This document shows positions 63,266 to 64,000 of a stretch of DNA of 64,000 bases, one piece after another. Origin of the DNA: an uncultured Clostridia bacterium (lineage in GTDB: Bacteria; Bacillota; Clostridia; Christensenellales; Borkfalkiaceae); contig CANQXA010000003.1 in assembly GCA_947627765.1 (NCBI GenBank), positions 12,713 to 76,712 of the forward strand, given 5' to 3'. A model generated the notes under the pieces. It was not told the origin of the DNA. It ran no database searches and worked only from the letters and a program-made list of their open reading frames with translations. A program made the translations under genes and the position numbers. Within the stretch, counting starts at the first letter, position 1; each line of letters begins with the position of its first letter.

Positions 63266-64000
63266 AGTGGGAAACGGTCGCGGAGAAGATCCTCGAAAAG
63301 GAACGCTGTGCCGTGCGGCGGAACTTGGGAAAGATCCCCTACACGGCGGAAAAGGGCGTCTTCGACGATAAGACGTCCGACATTTCGTGGTGGACGAACG
63401 GCTTCTGGGCGGGCTTGAATTGGCAGCTCTACGGGGCGTTCGGCGGGGAGACCTTCCGCTCGGCGGCAGAAGCCGTCGAACAAGAGCTCGACCGCAGTCT
63501 CATGGACGCGCAGGGCATGGACCACGACAGCGGCTTCAAGTGGCTTCTGACCGCGGGCGCAAACTTTGCGCTGACGGACAGCGGGGCGAGTAAAAACCGT
63601 CTGCTCCTTGCGGCAAACGACCTCGCGGGCAGGTTCAATCCCGCGGGCAATTTTATCCGCGCGTGGAACGACAAGGGCGACGGCGAGACGGCGGGATGGG
63701 CGATCATCGACTGTATGATGAATTTGCCCCTCTTGTACCGAGCAAGCGAGCTGACAAACGATCCGCGCTATCGTCTCATCGCCATGCGCCATGCGGATAC
63801 CGCGCGTGCGGCGTTTCTCCGCGCGGACGGCTCCGTCTGCCATATCGTCTGTTTCGACCCTGTAACGGGAGCGCGGCTCAACAGTCTCGGCGGACAGGGC
63901 TACGGGCACGGCAGTGCATGGACGCGCGGGCAAGCCTGGGCGGTCTACGGATTTACCCTCTCCTATCTCCACACGAAAAAAGAAGACTATCTTGCGGCGG
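63262..64000 (+). CDS. GH88-family unsaturated glucuronyl/galacturonyl hydrolase (partial; runs off the right edge, absent from the ORF track)
   Basis: Manual translation from ATG 63262 (ATGA overlap with the eda stop): MKWETVAEKILEKE..WWTNGFWAGLNWQLY..MDHDSGFKWLLTAG..GWAIIDCMMNLPLL..SAWTRGQAWAVYGF. The frame stays open to 64000. Confidence 0.8.
   Translation, partial: MKWETVAEKILEKERCAVRRNLGKIPYTAEKGVFDDKTSDISWWTNGFWAGLNWQLYGAFGGETFRSAAEAVEQELDRSLMDAQGMDHDSGFKWLLTAGANFALTDSGASKNRLLLAANDLAGRFNPAGNFIRAWNDKGDGETAGWAIIDCMMNLPLLYRASELTNDPRYRLIAMRHADTARAAFLRADGSVCHIVCFDPVTGARLNSLGGQGYGHGSAWTRGQAWAVYGFTLSYLHTKKEDYLAA

Overview
Visibly GC-rich chromosomal segment with strong G/C third-position bias. 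Gene content (gerA-type operon, spoIIE, obg-yhbY, ddl-murF, ECF RibU) points to an endospore-forming Bacillota (Clostridia-like) organism. It is densely coding. I found no rRNA, tRNA, CRISPR array, transposase or integrase. Left to right: partial MoxR ATPase plus a membrane partner; a 3590-aa BspA-type LRR lipoprotein behind an AT-rich upstream island; a Zn-peptidase / XRE / small-TM cluster; obg-yhbY; a tsaE-tsaB-rimI-hydrolase-murF-ddl operon (murF has a polytopic N-terminal membrane domain); mgtE with a structured leader; FMN riboswitch-ribU; a ~0.5-kb array of nested palindromic REP-like repeats, with dispersed copies in the dnaK-dnaJ spacer. Next comes a ~20-kb minus-strand glycan utilisation locus (GH35, ABC importer, 1675-aa GH30 enzyme, malectin protein, AraC, GH43, LRR lipoprotein) that looks like a type II arabinogalactan system. 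After that: SDR, ZIP transporter, grpE-dnaK-[585 bp repeats]-dnaJ with no hrcA/CIRCE in view, a PRTase-like protein, and a gerA-type germinant receptor operon. Then an orphan ~0.4-kb promoter-to-terminator unit with no ORF (candidate novel structured RNA or micro-ORF locus), followed by spoIIE, a ClC channel and kdgK-eda-GH88 (partial). That orphan unit is the observation I consider most worth follow-up. Many very long ORFs in the track (up to 1676 aa) are antisense artefacts of GC-rich coding sequence. All promoter, terminator and operator calls come from reading the sequence against consensus and are unverified.
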